Positions 47,374 to 60,000 of a stretch of DNA of 64,000 nt are shown here, piece by piece (position 1 is the first letter of the stretch; each line of letters opens with the position of its first letter). This DNA comes from Thelocarpon superellum. Lineage: Eukaryota. Made by a program: the position numbers and the translations under genes. The stretch is from assembly GCA_026025795.1 (NCBI GenBank), contig JAPEUG010000036.1, positions 1 through 64,000 on the forward strand. The letters run 5' to 3'. The notes below the pieces were generated by a model. That model was not told the DNA's origin, did no database searches, and saw only the letters and a program-made list of their open reading frames with translations.

Positions 47374-48084
47374 GCGGGCCAGGCTCTATGTCCGTGGACT
47401 GGCGAGCCGGCTTGGACACGAAACGCCATTGCCGGGAGACATTCTTGTGGAAGCTCGGGGCTGGGGGCCGGGGGCCGGGGGCCGGGAGCTGGGAGCAGGT
47501 GACCCGGAGAGACTGATGTTGGAAGGCGCAGGCCGTGAGTCGGGCCACTTGCACACGAGACCCACAGCTTGCCCAGCTGACGCGACTTGGACCGAACGAC
47601 AGCGATAAGAGTTGGCTGAGGCGGACACAACACGCAATTTACTTGCAACTTCAGCCGATGTTTGGAATAGATTATGGTCATCGATGGAACTCGGCTCAAC
47701 TGAAGCTGTCCGTCGGAGTTACAGCCTCCAGCATGCGGAGTCAGTTGGCAGCAGACAGTACTGGACGGCATTTGCAATCGCCGTTGCGGGCGGCGAGATC
47801 CGGACCACCCGGACATTCCCCACGACTCGTAATTTCCACGGTGTGATTGACATGCCGCCACGCGCCCCAGGCAGCGTACGTCGTATGGAATACGACCATC
47901 TGGATGAATCTACTTGGTCTGATCCGCATGTGTCGGCTAGGGAACGACTTGCAAAGAGCCATAGAGGTATACGAAGCAGGGCAGAGCTTACTCCGTGTCT
48001 ACTTCACATACTCGTATGCGAGATGGATCCCTCGCTCCATCATCCTGTCTCACCTGCCCACATCATCTTTCCATCTTACACAGA

Positions 48085-49524
48085 ATGGCCTCGACGGCAG
48101 CCCGAGAGCAGGAGACGCCTGGGGACGTCGGACAGATGAACGGCGAGACGGTCGCCTTCGGTCCCATCTCTGCAGATACCCCCAAGCCCTGGTCCCTGAC
48201 CTGGACCGGTCAGACTGCGGGGCAGATTGACGAGCGCGAGATCATTGCCGTAGTCGATCGTCAGCCTCCACAGGAACGAGATGTCTTCTACCTCTCATCC
48301 TCTCCATCTGATGAGCAAAACACTCCCCGCTTCGCCCGCGCCACGGCATCGGGTCTCCCCCTCCCACTACTGCATGAGCATCACGTTGCCCAGCTGCCCC
48401 CTCACCTGTTGCTCGCCCCGTCTCCCGCGCATGGTGCCAACGTTCACATCTTCATCTCCACCACCTCTGGCACCGGCAAGGCCGTGGACTTCTTCTCTGC
48501 AATCTTGCAGCCCACGTTCTCTGCTTTGAATCTCTCTCCCAGCCGCTATACCGTGCACAAGAGCGAGTCAGCACAGTCTCTCATTGCTTTCTCTACCTCA
48601 ATCCTCCTTCCCCGCGCGCTGCAAGGCACCCCACAAACCGTGGTTCTCCTATCCGGGGACGGAGGCGTCCACGACATCATCAACGCACTTTTCTCGTCCC
48701 CCACACCCCCTGCCTCTACACCTATCTACACGCCCCCAACTCTCGCTCTCCTAGCCCTCGGCACCGGCAACGCGCTGTCGCACTCCCTGCACCTGACGCA
48801 GGACACCAACACGCTGGGACTCCGCGCACTCCTGCACGGCACCCCCCGCCCCTTGCCGCTGTTCCGCGCTCGCTTCTCCACCGGCGCCTGCATCCTCACG
48901 GACGAAGAACGCTCCTCCATCCCGATCCCGGCCGCTGATCACGTCATCCGCGGCGCCGTCGTGCTCAGCTTCGGCCTCCACGCCTCTCTTGTCGGCGACA
49001 GCGACACGACCGCCTACAGGCAACTCGGGGCCCAGCGCTTCCAACAAGCCGCCAAGGACCTCCTGTTCCCTTCCGACGGCAGCCAGGCGCATACGTACCG
49101 TGCAACTCTCACCATCACTCCCTCCGCGTCCCCGCGCACGCCCACCACCCTCACGGAAACGACGCACAGCTATATCCTCGCGACGCTCGTCTCAAATCTC
49201 GAGAAGACCTTTACCGTCTCGCCGCTGTCGACGCCTCTGTCGCCCTCTCTCCGCCTCCTGCGCATCCCGCCCCTGTCCGGCGCGGACCTCATGAAGATCT
49301 TTACCTTGGCATATGATCACGGTGCTCATGTGACCCACCCGAGCGTGAGCTACGAGGAGGTCGCCGCGCTGCGTATTGTTCTAGATGCCGACGACGTCGA
49401 AGCGGAAAAGTGGCGCCGCGTGTGCGTTGACGGGACTATTGTGCGTCTTGAGCCCGGCGGATGGGTGGAGCTGGGCATGGAGCAGGGCCGCGTGGTGGAT
49501 GTCGTGGTTCCGAAGGACTTGTAG
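48085..49524 (+). CDS. Diacylglycerol/sphingosine kinase catalytic-domain (DAGK_cat) protein
   Basis: ISTTSGTGKA, LSGDGGVHDIINAL, LALGTGNALSHSL, VCVDG. Start placed at ATG 48085; the ORF is open from 47995. Confidence 0.82.
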   Translation: MASTAAREQETPGDVGQMNGETVAFGPISADTPKPWSLTWTGQTAGQIDEREIIAVVDRQPPQERDVFYLSSSPSDEQNTPRFARATASGLPLPLLHEHHVAQLPPHLLLAPSPAHGANVHIFISTTSGTGKAVDFFSAILQPTFSALNLSPSRYTVHKSESAQSLIAFSTSILLPRALQGTPQTVVLLSGDGGVHDIINALFSSPTPPASTPIYTPPTLALLALGTGNALSHSLHLTQDTNTLGLRALLHGTPRPLPLFRARFSTGACILTDEERSSIPIPAADHVIRGAVVLSFGLHASLVGDSDTTAYRQLGAQRFQQAAKDLLFPSDGSQAHTYRATLTITPSASPRTPTTLTETTHSYILATLVSNLEKTFTVSPLSTPLSPSLRLLRIPPLSGADLMKIFTLAYDHGAHVTHPSVSYEEVAALRIVLDADDVEAEKWRRVCVDGTIVRLEPGGWVELGMEQGRVVDVVVPKDL

Positions 49525-49811
49525 CCGGCTTCAGTACCACGCTCGCTCGTGACGGGTAACTTACTTCATTGCGGTTTCTATGTACAAGAGGTGACCAATG
49601 GACCAATTTAAGTCGCATCCACCGACACAATCAAATCGAGTCAACGCGAATCCATCGAAAGTCGTCGCCTCTGTTTCCTTTTATTCGCTCTTTCTACTCG
49701 TTCTACGTGAGTCTGTGCCCCTTTGACTGTCGCTCCTCTTCTTGGCTCTGGCCGAGCTGCCGCATGCTTCTCTCATGCTCGGAGGTTTGGTTTGCGCGCT
49801 CAAAAGTTCGC

Positions 49812-52800
49812 TCAAAAGTTCGAGACGGCGATGGCGATGGCTTGCGCGTCGCTGTGGCTGATGCTCACTTCAACCGATTTGACGCCCGCTTTCTTGGCTG
49901 CCGCTGCGGCATCTCCATGAAGCTGAGACACAGTATTAGCTTGTTGCCCTCGTGACCAGAGGAGAGGAGGCAGACACTTACCGTCACCACCGGTCCACCC
50001 TTCTCATCACGCTCAATTTCAATCTCAACCAATGGAGCCCCGGCTCCCTTGCCCTCCACGCCGAGGGCCTTGAAGACGGCTTCCTTGGCCGTCCAACGGC
50101 CAGCAAAAGACGCTTGCGGCGATGGGGCCGCGCGGCAGTAGTCTTGCTCGCGCTGGGTGAAGTTGCGCGCGATAAACGTCTCGTTGTCGATGTGGAGGGC
50201 GTCCACGCTCTCGACGTCGACGCCGACCTTGGTGTGCGCGCCAGCGGTGGCCTTCGTAAGTTGCTCCACCATCTGTTGCGTCTGGGCCTTTTGCGATCGT
50301 TCGGCCGCAGACGCCTGAACCGGCTTCGCGGGGTAGATCAGCGCGGCCGTCTTGGGGTCCAACGACACGCGCGAGTCGGGGTTGAGGAAGACGGCGTCTT
50401 GCTGCGCGTCGGCGTACGGCGAGTGGCTCTTGGCCACAAACATGGTGTTGGTGGCCAAGGCGTTGTGGAAGTAGCGGTACGCCTTCTTCTGGCGCGCCTC
50501 CACCTTGACGCGGTAGTGCTGGTAGGTGATCGGATCCAGCGTCGCGAAGAGATACTTGGGGTGAATGCCGATCGCCTGTGCGCCCTTCTGCCCGAAGCCA
50601 AATGACGTGACGGAGAAGGCCTTGACGCCATCCGTCTGGATGCTCCGGCTTGGGTAGACGATGTAATCATACTTCTCCATCACCTGGTCGACGTTGTCCG
50701 CGTTGCGATTGCCCGGCACCAAGCCCGAGTTCAACACTTGCAGGCAGCCGTTGAACATCCACGCGCCCGCCGCACCCTTGGGATGGCCCGTGAGGTACTT
50801 CTGAAAGATGCCGAGTACGGCGTTGCCCTTCTTCCGACCCAGGTGCGCCATCTGTTTGCAGATGACCTCCGACTCGTTCTTATCGTTGGCCACCGTCGAC
50901 GTGCCGTGGAAGGAGGCCACGTCCAGATCGTCGATCGTGAGACCCCACGTCGCCAGCGCTCCTCGCAGCGGCGCGATGCGCGGGTCGCGTTTCCAGAAAT
51001 GGTTCCCCAGACTGCACACGGCCTCTTGCTCCTGACGCCGCGCCTCTCGCTCAATGTGACCTGCGCGATCCTGTAGGTATGCCGCTTCATCCAGCTTCTC
51101 GCCCTGCGACCGACGGGCCGCCAGCTCATCTCGAAGATAGAGAAGCTCAGCCTCGTGCCACTGCTTGATCTGCTGTCGGCGGAGGTCGAGCTGGCGCTTG
51201 CGATATTTGATGTCCAATAACGGCGAGGGGAAAGCCGCCGGATTTTCGCGCGCGGTCGTGAGCACACCTTGTCCTGGGGCAGGCACCGAGCGTCCGATCT
51301 GATCCGTCGCCGTAGCCGTCATGCCCAGAATGCCGTAGATGGGCACGCCCATGTCAAGGGCAAGCCGGGCCGTCATGATCACCTGGACACCGCAGCCCTG
51401 CGACTCCATGAAGCCGTTCCGCGTTGTCGTCGTGGGCCGAGACATCTCGCGCGGCGTGCGACCGTGGGCGAACTCGTCCTCGGCGTTGCTGGTGGCCTTC
51501 ATGTTGGCGAACTCGTACGATCCTTCTTCCTGGAAGTCATCGAAGCCGCCCACCAGGCACACGCGGGCCTTTCCCTCGACGATGGTCTCGTAGCCAATGT
51601 CGATCGATTCGACCGCCGTCGCGCACGCGCCAACCGGCGTCTTGATGGGGCCAGTGGACGACAGCAGCAACATGTTGACCCATGCGCTCATCGTGTTGAT
51701 GAAAGACTCCTGTAGGATGTCCTTCTGCAGCGGCTTGTCCAAGTATCGATCCTTGTACATACCGCGCAGCGCGGTCGTCCCACCAATGCCCGAACCGATG
51801 CAGTTGCCCACCTCGGAGATGTGCACATATTTGTAGAACTCGTACGGGTCCGTGATACCTGACGCCAGGAGTGACTCGACCGTGCAGACCAGCACGTACA
51901 GCGTGACCGGGTCGACCTGCGAGATAATATCCTCGGGGATGCCGTACGTGCGCGCGTTCCAGCCCGTCGGGATCTGGCCGGCCACGAGACGGTCGAAGCG
52001 CAGCGCCTTGGGCACCAGCAGCGTCGCGCCCTTCTTCAGGCGCACGCTATACTCACCCGACTCGGGGATCTCGAAGATTTCCACCTTCTCACCGTGTTCG
52101 CGGCGGAACTCCTCGGCCGTCTCCTTGGAAGCCTCGAAGGGGTCAAGATCTTCCTCAATCACAATCTCGTGCAGGAGTTGCTTTTTGTTGGGATCGTAGC
52201 CATTGAACAGCTCGGGCTCGATCAGGCGGATGCCGGCGTGCTCGAGGATGTATTTTTCATACTTGCCCTTGACATCCTTGTCATCCACGGGCTCCTGTGT
52301 CTTGGCGTCTACCCAGCCAGCGTATTGTTTACCCTTGAGCGGGCCGTTGTGGTTCTTGATCAAGCCCATAATCCAAGCCATCTCGATGCAGCCCTCGAGC
52401 GAGAAGGCCCCATAGGCCTCCATCTCCCACCGCGTGCGCGAGTTGCCCCATGGACCAACCTCAGCGAAGCCTGTCACCACCACGACCTTGTCGAGATCCA
52501 CCATGCCTTGCCGATCGGCCGCGAGCGGTGCGATCTCTCGCTCCCAGTCGGGTAGCGGCGGGAAGTCAAACTTGAGGTTTGCCCGCGGCTGGATGGTGAC
52601 CTTCTTGTACAAGGCCTCGTGGTCCTCGCCGTGCACCACCTGGTTCTCGATAGCGGTCTCTTGCGTAACCGCGGTGCGGACAGCGCTGGTGTCGAGGAGG
52701 TCCTTCCGGAGCCGAGACATGAGGTCCTTGAGGTTTGGAATGAACTGCAGGCCACCGTTGAGGTCGGCAAAGACAGGCTCAACCTGGCACAGGTTGACGA

Positions 52801-55474
52801 TGGTCGGAGCCATAAGGCCGAGGAGGTTGAAAGCCATCTCCTGCTGCGAGAAGGTACGCACCCCCAGGCGCTCGACACCTTCGGCAACGATGTTGTTGCC
52901 GCTCATGAGGCCGGTGCCGCGCGTCCAGCCGATGACGGCGCCACAGATGGTCAGGTAATGGCTCCAGCTCTCCGAGTGCCAACGGTTGAAGAGCGTTTCG
53001 AGCGCGAGCTTGGACTCAGAGTAGAGACCGTCATTGCCGAAGGTGCCGTGGTTGGGCGACAGGGGAAGGATGACCTGGGCGGGCCGCGTCTCAAAGCCTC
53101 GCTCGTGCTTCTCGGCCTTGATGGCACCGAGCAGGCGCAGTAGATTGGTGAGCATAATGCGATGGGCGAGTTCTGACTTGGAGTCGATGCTGTCAATCTC
53201 CCGACCATTTTCCGGGATGGCGGCAAAGGGGATGACGTAGTCCAAATCCCAGCCCAGACCCTTTTTGGGATCAAAGATGTAGCGTACCAACGCTTCGACG
53301 TCCTGCTTGCTGCCCTGATTGAAGGGCACGACGACAAGCTGGGCGCCACGGCTCCCATAGCGCGCGTACATGGCCTGGTAATACTCCGTGACCTCGCGCG
53401 AGAAGCGGCTGGTGGTGACGATGACCTTGGCGCCGCCGCTGATCAGGCCCTGCAGTACCTCGGCACCGATCGAGCCGGCGCCGGCGCCCGTCATGAGCGC
53501 GTTCTTGCCTTGGAAGGAGACACCCGACTTGGCCGCATGTTCGAGACCCTCGAGATAGGTGCCCGTCAGCTTCTTGCTGTATTCCCATCCGTGCTCTTCC
53601 TTGCGCTTGAGATGCAGGAAGGGCACCGTCTCGACCTTGCCCGGCTTGCCGTTACCATTGAGTGGGCGTGTGCCATTGCGGCCCGCCTTGCGGCCTGGCT
53701 TTGCCTTGCCGTTCTCGTGGGGCAGCATCTGGCCCTCGTTCATGGCCAGCGAGCGGATGACATTGGCGTAGAGGGTCTTGATCTGCAGCTGCGAGGCTTT
53801 CGACAGCTTATGCTGCTGGCGGATGAGTTTGTAGATGCGCGCCAAATCGTTCTGCACCTTGGTTCGGTTGCCGTACTCAGAAATCTTGCCACCGTCGGCC
53901 ATCTCGCGCACGTAGTGCTCAAGTTTGCGGGCGCTGGGGCGCGGGATCTCGGCGTAGGACATGTTGCCACGGGCGTCGATGGTCGTGTGGGGTCCCGTGG
54001 GGACGGCAACATCCTTGAAGACGGGTGCCACTCCAAGGACATCCTTGCAGTTCTCGATGAGCTGCTGCCCAAGCTCCTTGGCAAGCTGGTAGGTCTCGCC
54101 GCGATCGGTCGGACAGTTGTCTATGTGGTACTGCATGAACTCCAGCAGCACAGGGCTTGAGCGGTTCATCAGGCGGATGCACTGGCTCACAATCTCACGG
54201 TCGATAGCTTTGAGTCGGCCGAAGATGATGTCGAAGTACATGTGTAGGGCGTCTTGGCGGGCCCAATTCCAGGAGGAGTCGTAGACACGCGCCTTGAGCT
54301 GGCTGAAGGTCGGCTCGATACCGACGGCGTAGGTATCACCGTGCTCGGTCGTCCACAGATCCAGCTGAGCCTGAAGGGCCAGCTGCGATTGTTGTGCGCC
54401 GACGAAAGCCTTGTCACCTGCCCGCAGGTCCATCTTCAAGTAGCGTGCGAACAGCTCGAGCTGCTGCTTGAAGAGAGCGCGTTGGTCCTTGGTCAGGGCA
54501 TCAATGGCGGCGGGATCCATCATCATGCCCGCGCCCGCCGCAGCGCCATCACCCGCCGCAGCCGGGGTGGAGAGATTGACACCGGCATTGGTGGCATATG
54601 TCTCGGCGACGTCGTCGAGGAAGGCCTTGGCCGCAGGCTCGGCGCCAAGACGGGCGGCGGGCTCCATGGTTAGGGCCAGGAGCAGGACGCCGTCCTGTCG
54701 ACCGGTGGCGAGGCCCCAGCGGGTCTCAAGATATTTGCGAACAGCGGTAATGTTGAAGCCGCCGGGCATCTTGGACGAGACCATACGAGCAACGAGGGAG
54801 GACGATTGCTTGCCGAGCTGCCCGTCGAAAGTGGCCTGCATGGATGCGCCTAGCTCGTCGAGTGGAGTATCTTCGGGCTTCTCCGGCGTGGATCCGAATT
54901 CCTTGCCCAGGTCACCGAGAATTTCGTTCTGCAGGGTGGATTTGCCGCCGACGAGGTCCTTGATGGCTTTGCTCAAGGGGATATCGACGAGTGGCTTCTT
55001 CAATTTCTGGGCGACAAGGGCGCGGACGATGTCGACGGCGGGGACAGGCACGTCGGGCACCTGGGCGGCCGGGCCAGCACTGGGTAGGCGGGTTGCTGCC
55101 GCCGCCGCGGCGGGGATGGGGGCGGACGACGGGGCGGGAACCGCGGAGGAGCCCACATCCGCCTCGGCGGCGGGAGCGGGTTCATCCTCAACGGGATCAA
55201 CGTCGTAGTAGATCTCTTTGGCGTCTTTATTGTAGCACAGGATCTGCCGCTGGAGGGAGAGGGCAGCGTCGTACGCCTCGTATTTGGCGGCCAGCGTACG
55301 CTTAGCCATGACGCCGAGGGTGTCGGCCGGGCCGATCTCGACGATGCGCTCCGTCGTCTTCTCGGCGAGGATGACATCTTGGGTTTCGATCCATCTCACG
55401 GGTGAAGCAAATTGGTAGGCCAATAGCTCAACGAGTAGGGTGTGGGCGAGCTCTTGCTCATGTTCGGGACGCAT
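49812..55474 (-). CDS. FAS2: Fatty acid synthase alpha subunit (ACP-KR-KS-PPT), 2 exons
   Basis: [69 protein letters not shown]...WTAKEA. Last exon LHGDA...ISHSD...VSNF*. Confidence 0.98.
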
Positions 55475-57097
55475 CGTGATGGCGGGTGTGAACACGTCCG
55501 CCGACGAGGCTGTCCAAGGCCCAGCGCCAGACTGTTGCGACGGTCTGTTCGACGTCTAACCCGACGGCGAGCCAGTTCAATGGCAGATGGAGTGGCGGTG
55601 CCCGATCACGTCGATCGTCCCATGTGTAGGAGGGAGGGACAGGGTTGGTGTTACGTCCCCAATCTAACGGTGACGAGAGATTGAGTGGAATTCCTGTTGG
55701 CGAGTCCGAGTGCACGGAAGAAGCAGTACTGGCTGAGCGATCATCAATTGGCCGGACTTGATGGCCACCCAGGACGGAGTTCAACGGTTGGGGCTCCGTT
55801 TAAAGATGCATAGGGCGTTCGTTCTTCAACAAGACTCGACATCAAGTTTGGGTGATTATTTGCTTCTCTCGTTCGCCTCTAAGCTTGCTGGCCGGACTAC
55901 CAGCTCTCGCCATCGTACCGCTACTGGGCTAGGCAACTGTTCGCAGCTCTGCCGCCCGTACGGGGACCGCGCAATCGCCGCTGTACCAAGCATTCCCTCT
56001 CCCAAATCCGTTGGCGATTCGCTTGGCGCTAATTCCCCAGCGTTTCTCGTAGCTGTAAGGGTTGGGCCTGGCCCAAAGCATCGGCTACCAGTTCGTCATC
56101 TCACTTCTTGAGCACGGACGTGGGACTTTTGTACCTTCGGCTCATGTGGAGTGTGTGTCGCCGAGGGGTAGAGGTTACCTTGTAACTTATCCATTCACGT
56201 ATCGCACTGCAAACCCAGCTTCACTCCATGTCCGTCAGCGCTGCCGTGTCACTTAGTCTCCGTTCGCGGCATGGGGAGAGCTGGCTGATGACCAGGGACC
56301 AGATGCCCGTCCATTTCTTGAGCTGTGGGTAGCTTGCAAATTCACCTTTGGCCGACCCTCCTTACCGCAAACGGCTGTCGCTTGGGCTTGACCTCGCCAA
56401 CATTCCCAACGCTTGCTGATCCCTGCAGAAAACCCTTGCTGAGGGCTGCACGCCGGCCGCTAGTGTTCCCCAGGCGTCAGGCGAGTACGGCAGTGCGTAC
56501 CGATGGGCACGCCTTCACTCAGGTACTGTGTCCTCCCGCTAGTAGACGCATTCCCTCCAAGAGTGCGTTGTGGGCTGGACAAGCTGTGCGCTCGTAGGTA
56601 AATGCGGCGAGGGAATATCTCAACATCACATCAACGTACAGCAGCGATAGCCAACTCGGTTAGCCGCTGCGACCAGGAAGTACGCACTCGTACTCAACCT
56701 TCGACTCGCCCGCCGAACTGCACGTAGTGCTGCCGGAGGTGGAGCTGGAAAGCTCAGGCGCCTGACGGACCGATTCAACGCCAGCTTTTGTCGTGAGCTA
56801 ACACCGCTAGATGTTTTCTTGATGCCAAGCTCCCCACCCATCTTTCTCGGCCTCAGGTCACCACCGCCCTCTAAGCATTCGAGATTCTCTGATTCCTCGA
56901 GAGATCTCAAGGATTTAATTCTTGTACTCGGTGCCCTCCATCGCGTGCTCGGGGACTGGGTCGTGCAATTGCGCCCGGTGGACGATCTCGTCCAGGTAGG
57001 TGGTGCTACCTTGCTCCCTCCACCACGACCTCGAACTGACCGTGCTTCAGCCAACAACGCCCTCGTCCCCCAACCGGTCCACCGTCCACCGGCGATC
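55475..57097. promoter_or_regulatory. Divergent FAS2/FAS1 promoter and 5' leaders
   Basis: Head-to-head start codons 1.6 kb apart; apparent FAS1 5'-UTR intron at 56996-57050 (CAG|GTAGGT...CTGAC...CAG). Confidence 0.75.
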
Positions 57098-60000
57098 ATG
57101 TACGGCAACTCGCAGCATCTGCCGCAGACCGGTGCCTCCACGCCGCGGTCATCCTCCTCCCTCCGCCCGCTGATTTTGAGCCATGGCTCGTTGGAGTACT
57201 CGCTCCTGATCCCCACCCTCCTTCACTACAATGCCTCGCAACTCAAGGATGAATTCCAAGCCACCCTGCCCACTCCTACAGACGAGCTCGCGCAAGATGA
57301 CGAGCCTTCATCTGCTGAGGAGCTTGTGGCCCGTTACATGGCCTTTGTCGCCGCAGCGGTAGAAGAGGGCGAAGACGACGCCCAGGGCTCGGCCGAAAAT
57401 GTCTTGCGTCTCGTCCTGACCGAATTCGAACGGGCCTTCCTCCGTGGAAACGAGGCTCATGCCCTCGCAGCCACCCTCCCTGGCATCGAGGCCAAGAAGC
57501 TGCTCGTGGTTCAGGCCTACTACGCCGCCCGAGCCACGGCCAATCGACCCATCAAAGCTCACGACTCGGCCCTTCTCCGCGCCGCCGCCGACAATGAGGC
57601 TAAACTCTATGCCATCTATGGTGGTCAGGGTAACATCGAAGACTACTTCGACGAGCTCCGCCAGGTCTACATCACCTACCCCTCGTTCGTCCAGACGTTC
57701 GTCCAGACAGCGGCCGACTTGCTACAGTCCCTCTCGCGCGATCCCCGCGCCGAGAAGCTCTACGCCAAGGGACTCGATATCATGCGCTGGTTGCAGCATC
57801 GTGAGTCGCAACCCGATACGGACTACCTAGTGTCTGCCCCGGTCAGTTTGCCCTTGATTGGCGTCGTCCAGCTGGCCCACTTCACCGTCATGTGCCGTGT
57901 CCTGGGCCGCACTCCCGGCGAGATCAATGAGCGCTTCAGCGGAACCACCGGCCACTCCCAAGGCATCGTTGTTGCCGCCTCCGTGGCCGCTGCCGACTCG
58001 TGGGAGTCGTTCGACGCCCTTGCAAAGAATGCCTTGACCATTCTCTTCTGGATCGGCTCGCGCAGCCAGCAGACCTACCCGCGTACCTCCTTGGCCCCCT
58101 CCATCCTGCAGGACTCGGTCGACCACGGCGAGGGTACGCCGACGCCCATGCTGAGCATTCGAGACTTATCCTACGCCGCTGTGGAAGAACATATTGATGC
58201 CACCAACCACCATCTCCCGGCCGATCGGCATATCAGCATTTCGTTGGTCAACAGCGCGCGTAATCTTGTCGTCACTGGGCCGCCCCTCTCACTTTATGGG
58301 CTCAACTTGCGGCTTCGCAAGGTCAAGGCCCCTACCGGCCTCGACCAGACGCGCATCCCCTTTACCGAGCGCAAGGTCCGTTTCGTCAACCGCTTCCTGC
58401 CGATCACCGCCCCTTTTCATAGCGCATATCTCGCCGACGCCACGCGCCTGCTCGAGGGAGATCTGAAGCATGTGTCGATCCCGGCAAACCGCCTCAAGAT
58501 GGCCGTCTTCGACACCGACAAGGGCGACGACTTGCGCCAGCGCGGCACGGAGAACATCGTGCCTATCCTGGTCCGGCTTATCACGCACGACAAGGTGCAC
58601 TGGAAGCAGGCTACCGACTTCCCCAACGCAACGCATGTCATTGACTTTGGTCCTGGTGGCATCTCCGGCCTGGGCGTGCTCACCAACCGTATCAAGGAGG
58701 GTACCGGCGTGCGCGTCATCCTTGCCGGCGCCATGGATGGCACCAACGCTGAGGTCGGGTACAAGCCCGAATTATTTGATCGCGATGAGGAGCACGCAGT
58801 CACCTACGCCGTCGACTGGGTCAAGGAGCACGGGCCCCGTCTCATCCGCACCTCGGCCGGCCAGACCGTGGTAGACACCAAGATGAGCCGGCTCTTGGGC
58901 CTCCCGCCTGTCATGGTCGCGGGAATGACGCCCTGCACTGTGCCCTGGGACTTTGTTGCCGCCACCATGAACGCCGGTTATCACATCGAGCTCGCCGGCG
59001 GCGGCTACTACAATGCCAAGACCATGACCGCCGCTCTGGCCAAGATCGAGGGCGCCATCCCCCCGGGTCGCGGCATTACCGTCAACCTCATCTACGTGAA
59101 CCCGCGTGCCATGGCCTGGCAGATCCCATTGCTTGGTCAGCTCCGTGCCGATGGCGTCCCCATCGAGGGTCTCACGATTGGCGCCGGTGTCCCATCCATT
59201 GAGGTGGCGAATGAGTACATCGAGACCCTCGGGCTCAAGCACATTGCCTTCAAGCCTGGCTCGATGGAAGCCATCCAACAGGTCGTCAACGTCGCCAAGG
59301 CCAACCCTACGTTCCCCGTCATCCTGCAATGGACCGGCGGCCGTGGTGGCGGTCATCACTCATTTGAGGATTTCCACCAGCCCATCCTGCAGATGTATGG
59401 CCGCATCCGTCGCTGCCCCAATATCGTCCTCGTTGCCGGTAGCGGCTTCGGCGGCGCCGACGACACCTACCCATACCTCACTGGTGGCTGGTCTCGCGAC
59501 TTTGGCTATCCCGAGATGCCCTTTGATGGCTGTCTCTTCGGGAGCCGCATGATGACGGCCAAGGAGGCCTGGACCAGCACCAACGCTAAGAAGGCCATTG
59601 CCGAAGCGGAAGGCCTGGATGATGGTGATTGGGAGAAGACCTACAAAGGGGCCGCCGGCGGCGTCATCACCGTACGCTCGGAGATGGGTGAGCCGATCCA
59701 CAAGCTGGCTACGCGCGGCGTCCGCTTCTGGGCCGAGATGGACCAGAAGATCTTCAGCCTGGATAAGGCCAAGCGCGTGCCGGAGCTTAAGAGGCAGCGT
59801 GCGCACATCATCCAGAAGCTCAATGACGACTTCCAGAAGGTCTGGTTCGGGCGCAACGCGGCCGGCGAGAGCGTCGATCTCGAGGACATGACCTATGCCG
59901 AGGTGGTCCGCCGCATGGTCGACCTGATGTACGTCCGCCACGAGTCACGCTGGATTGACGCCACGCTCAAGGCGCTCACGGGTGACTTCATCCGTCGTGT

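Noticed and set aside
56161..56166. CCGAGG (FarA/B site) in the FAS promoter
   Set aside because: A single hexamer in 1.6 kb of GC-rich DNA is expected by chance.
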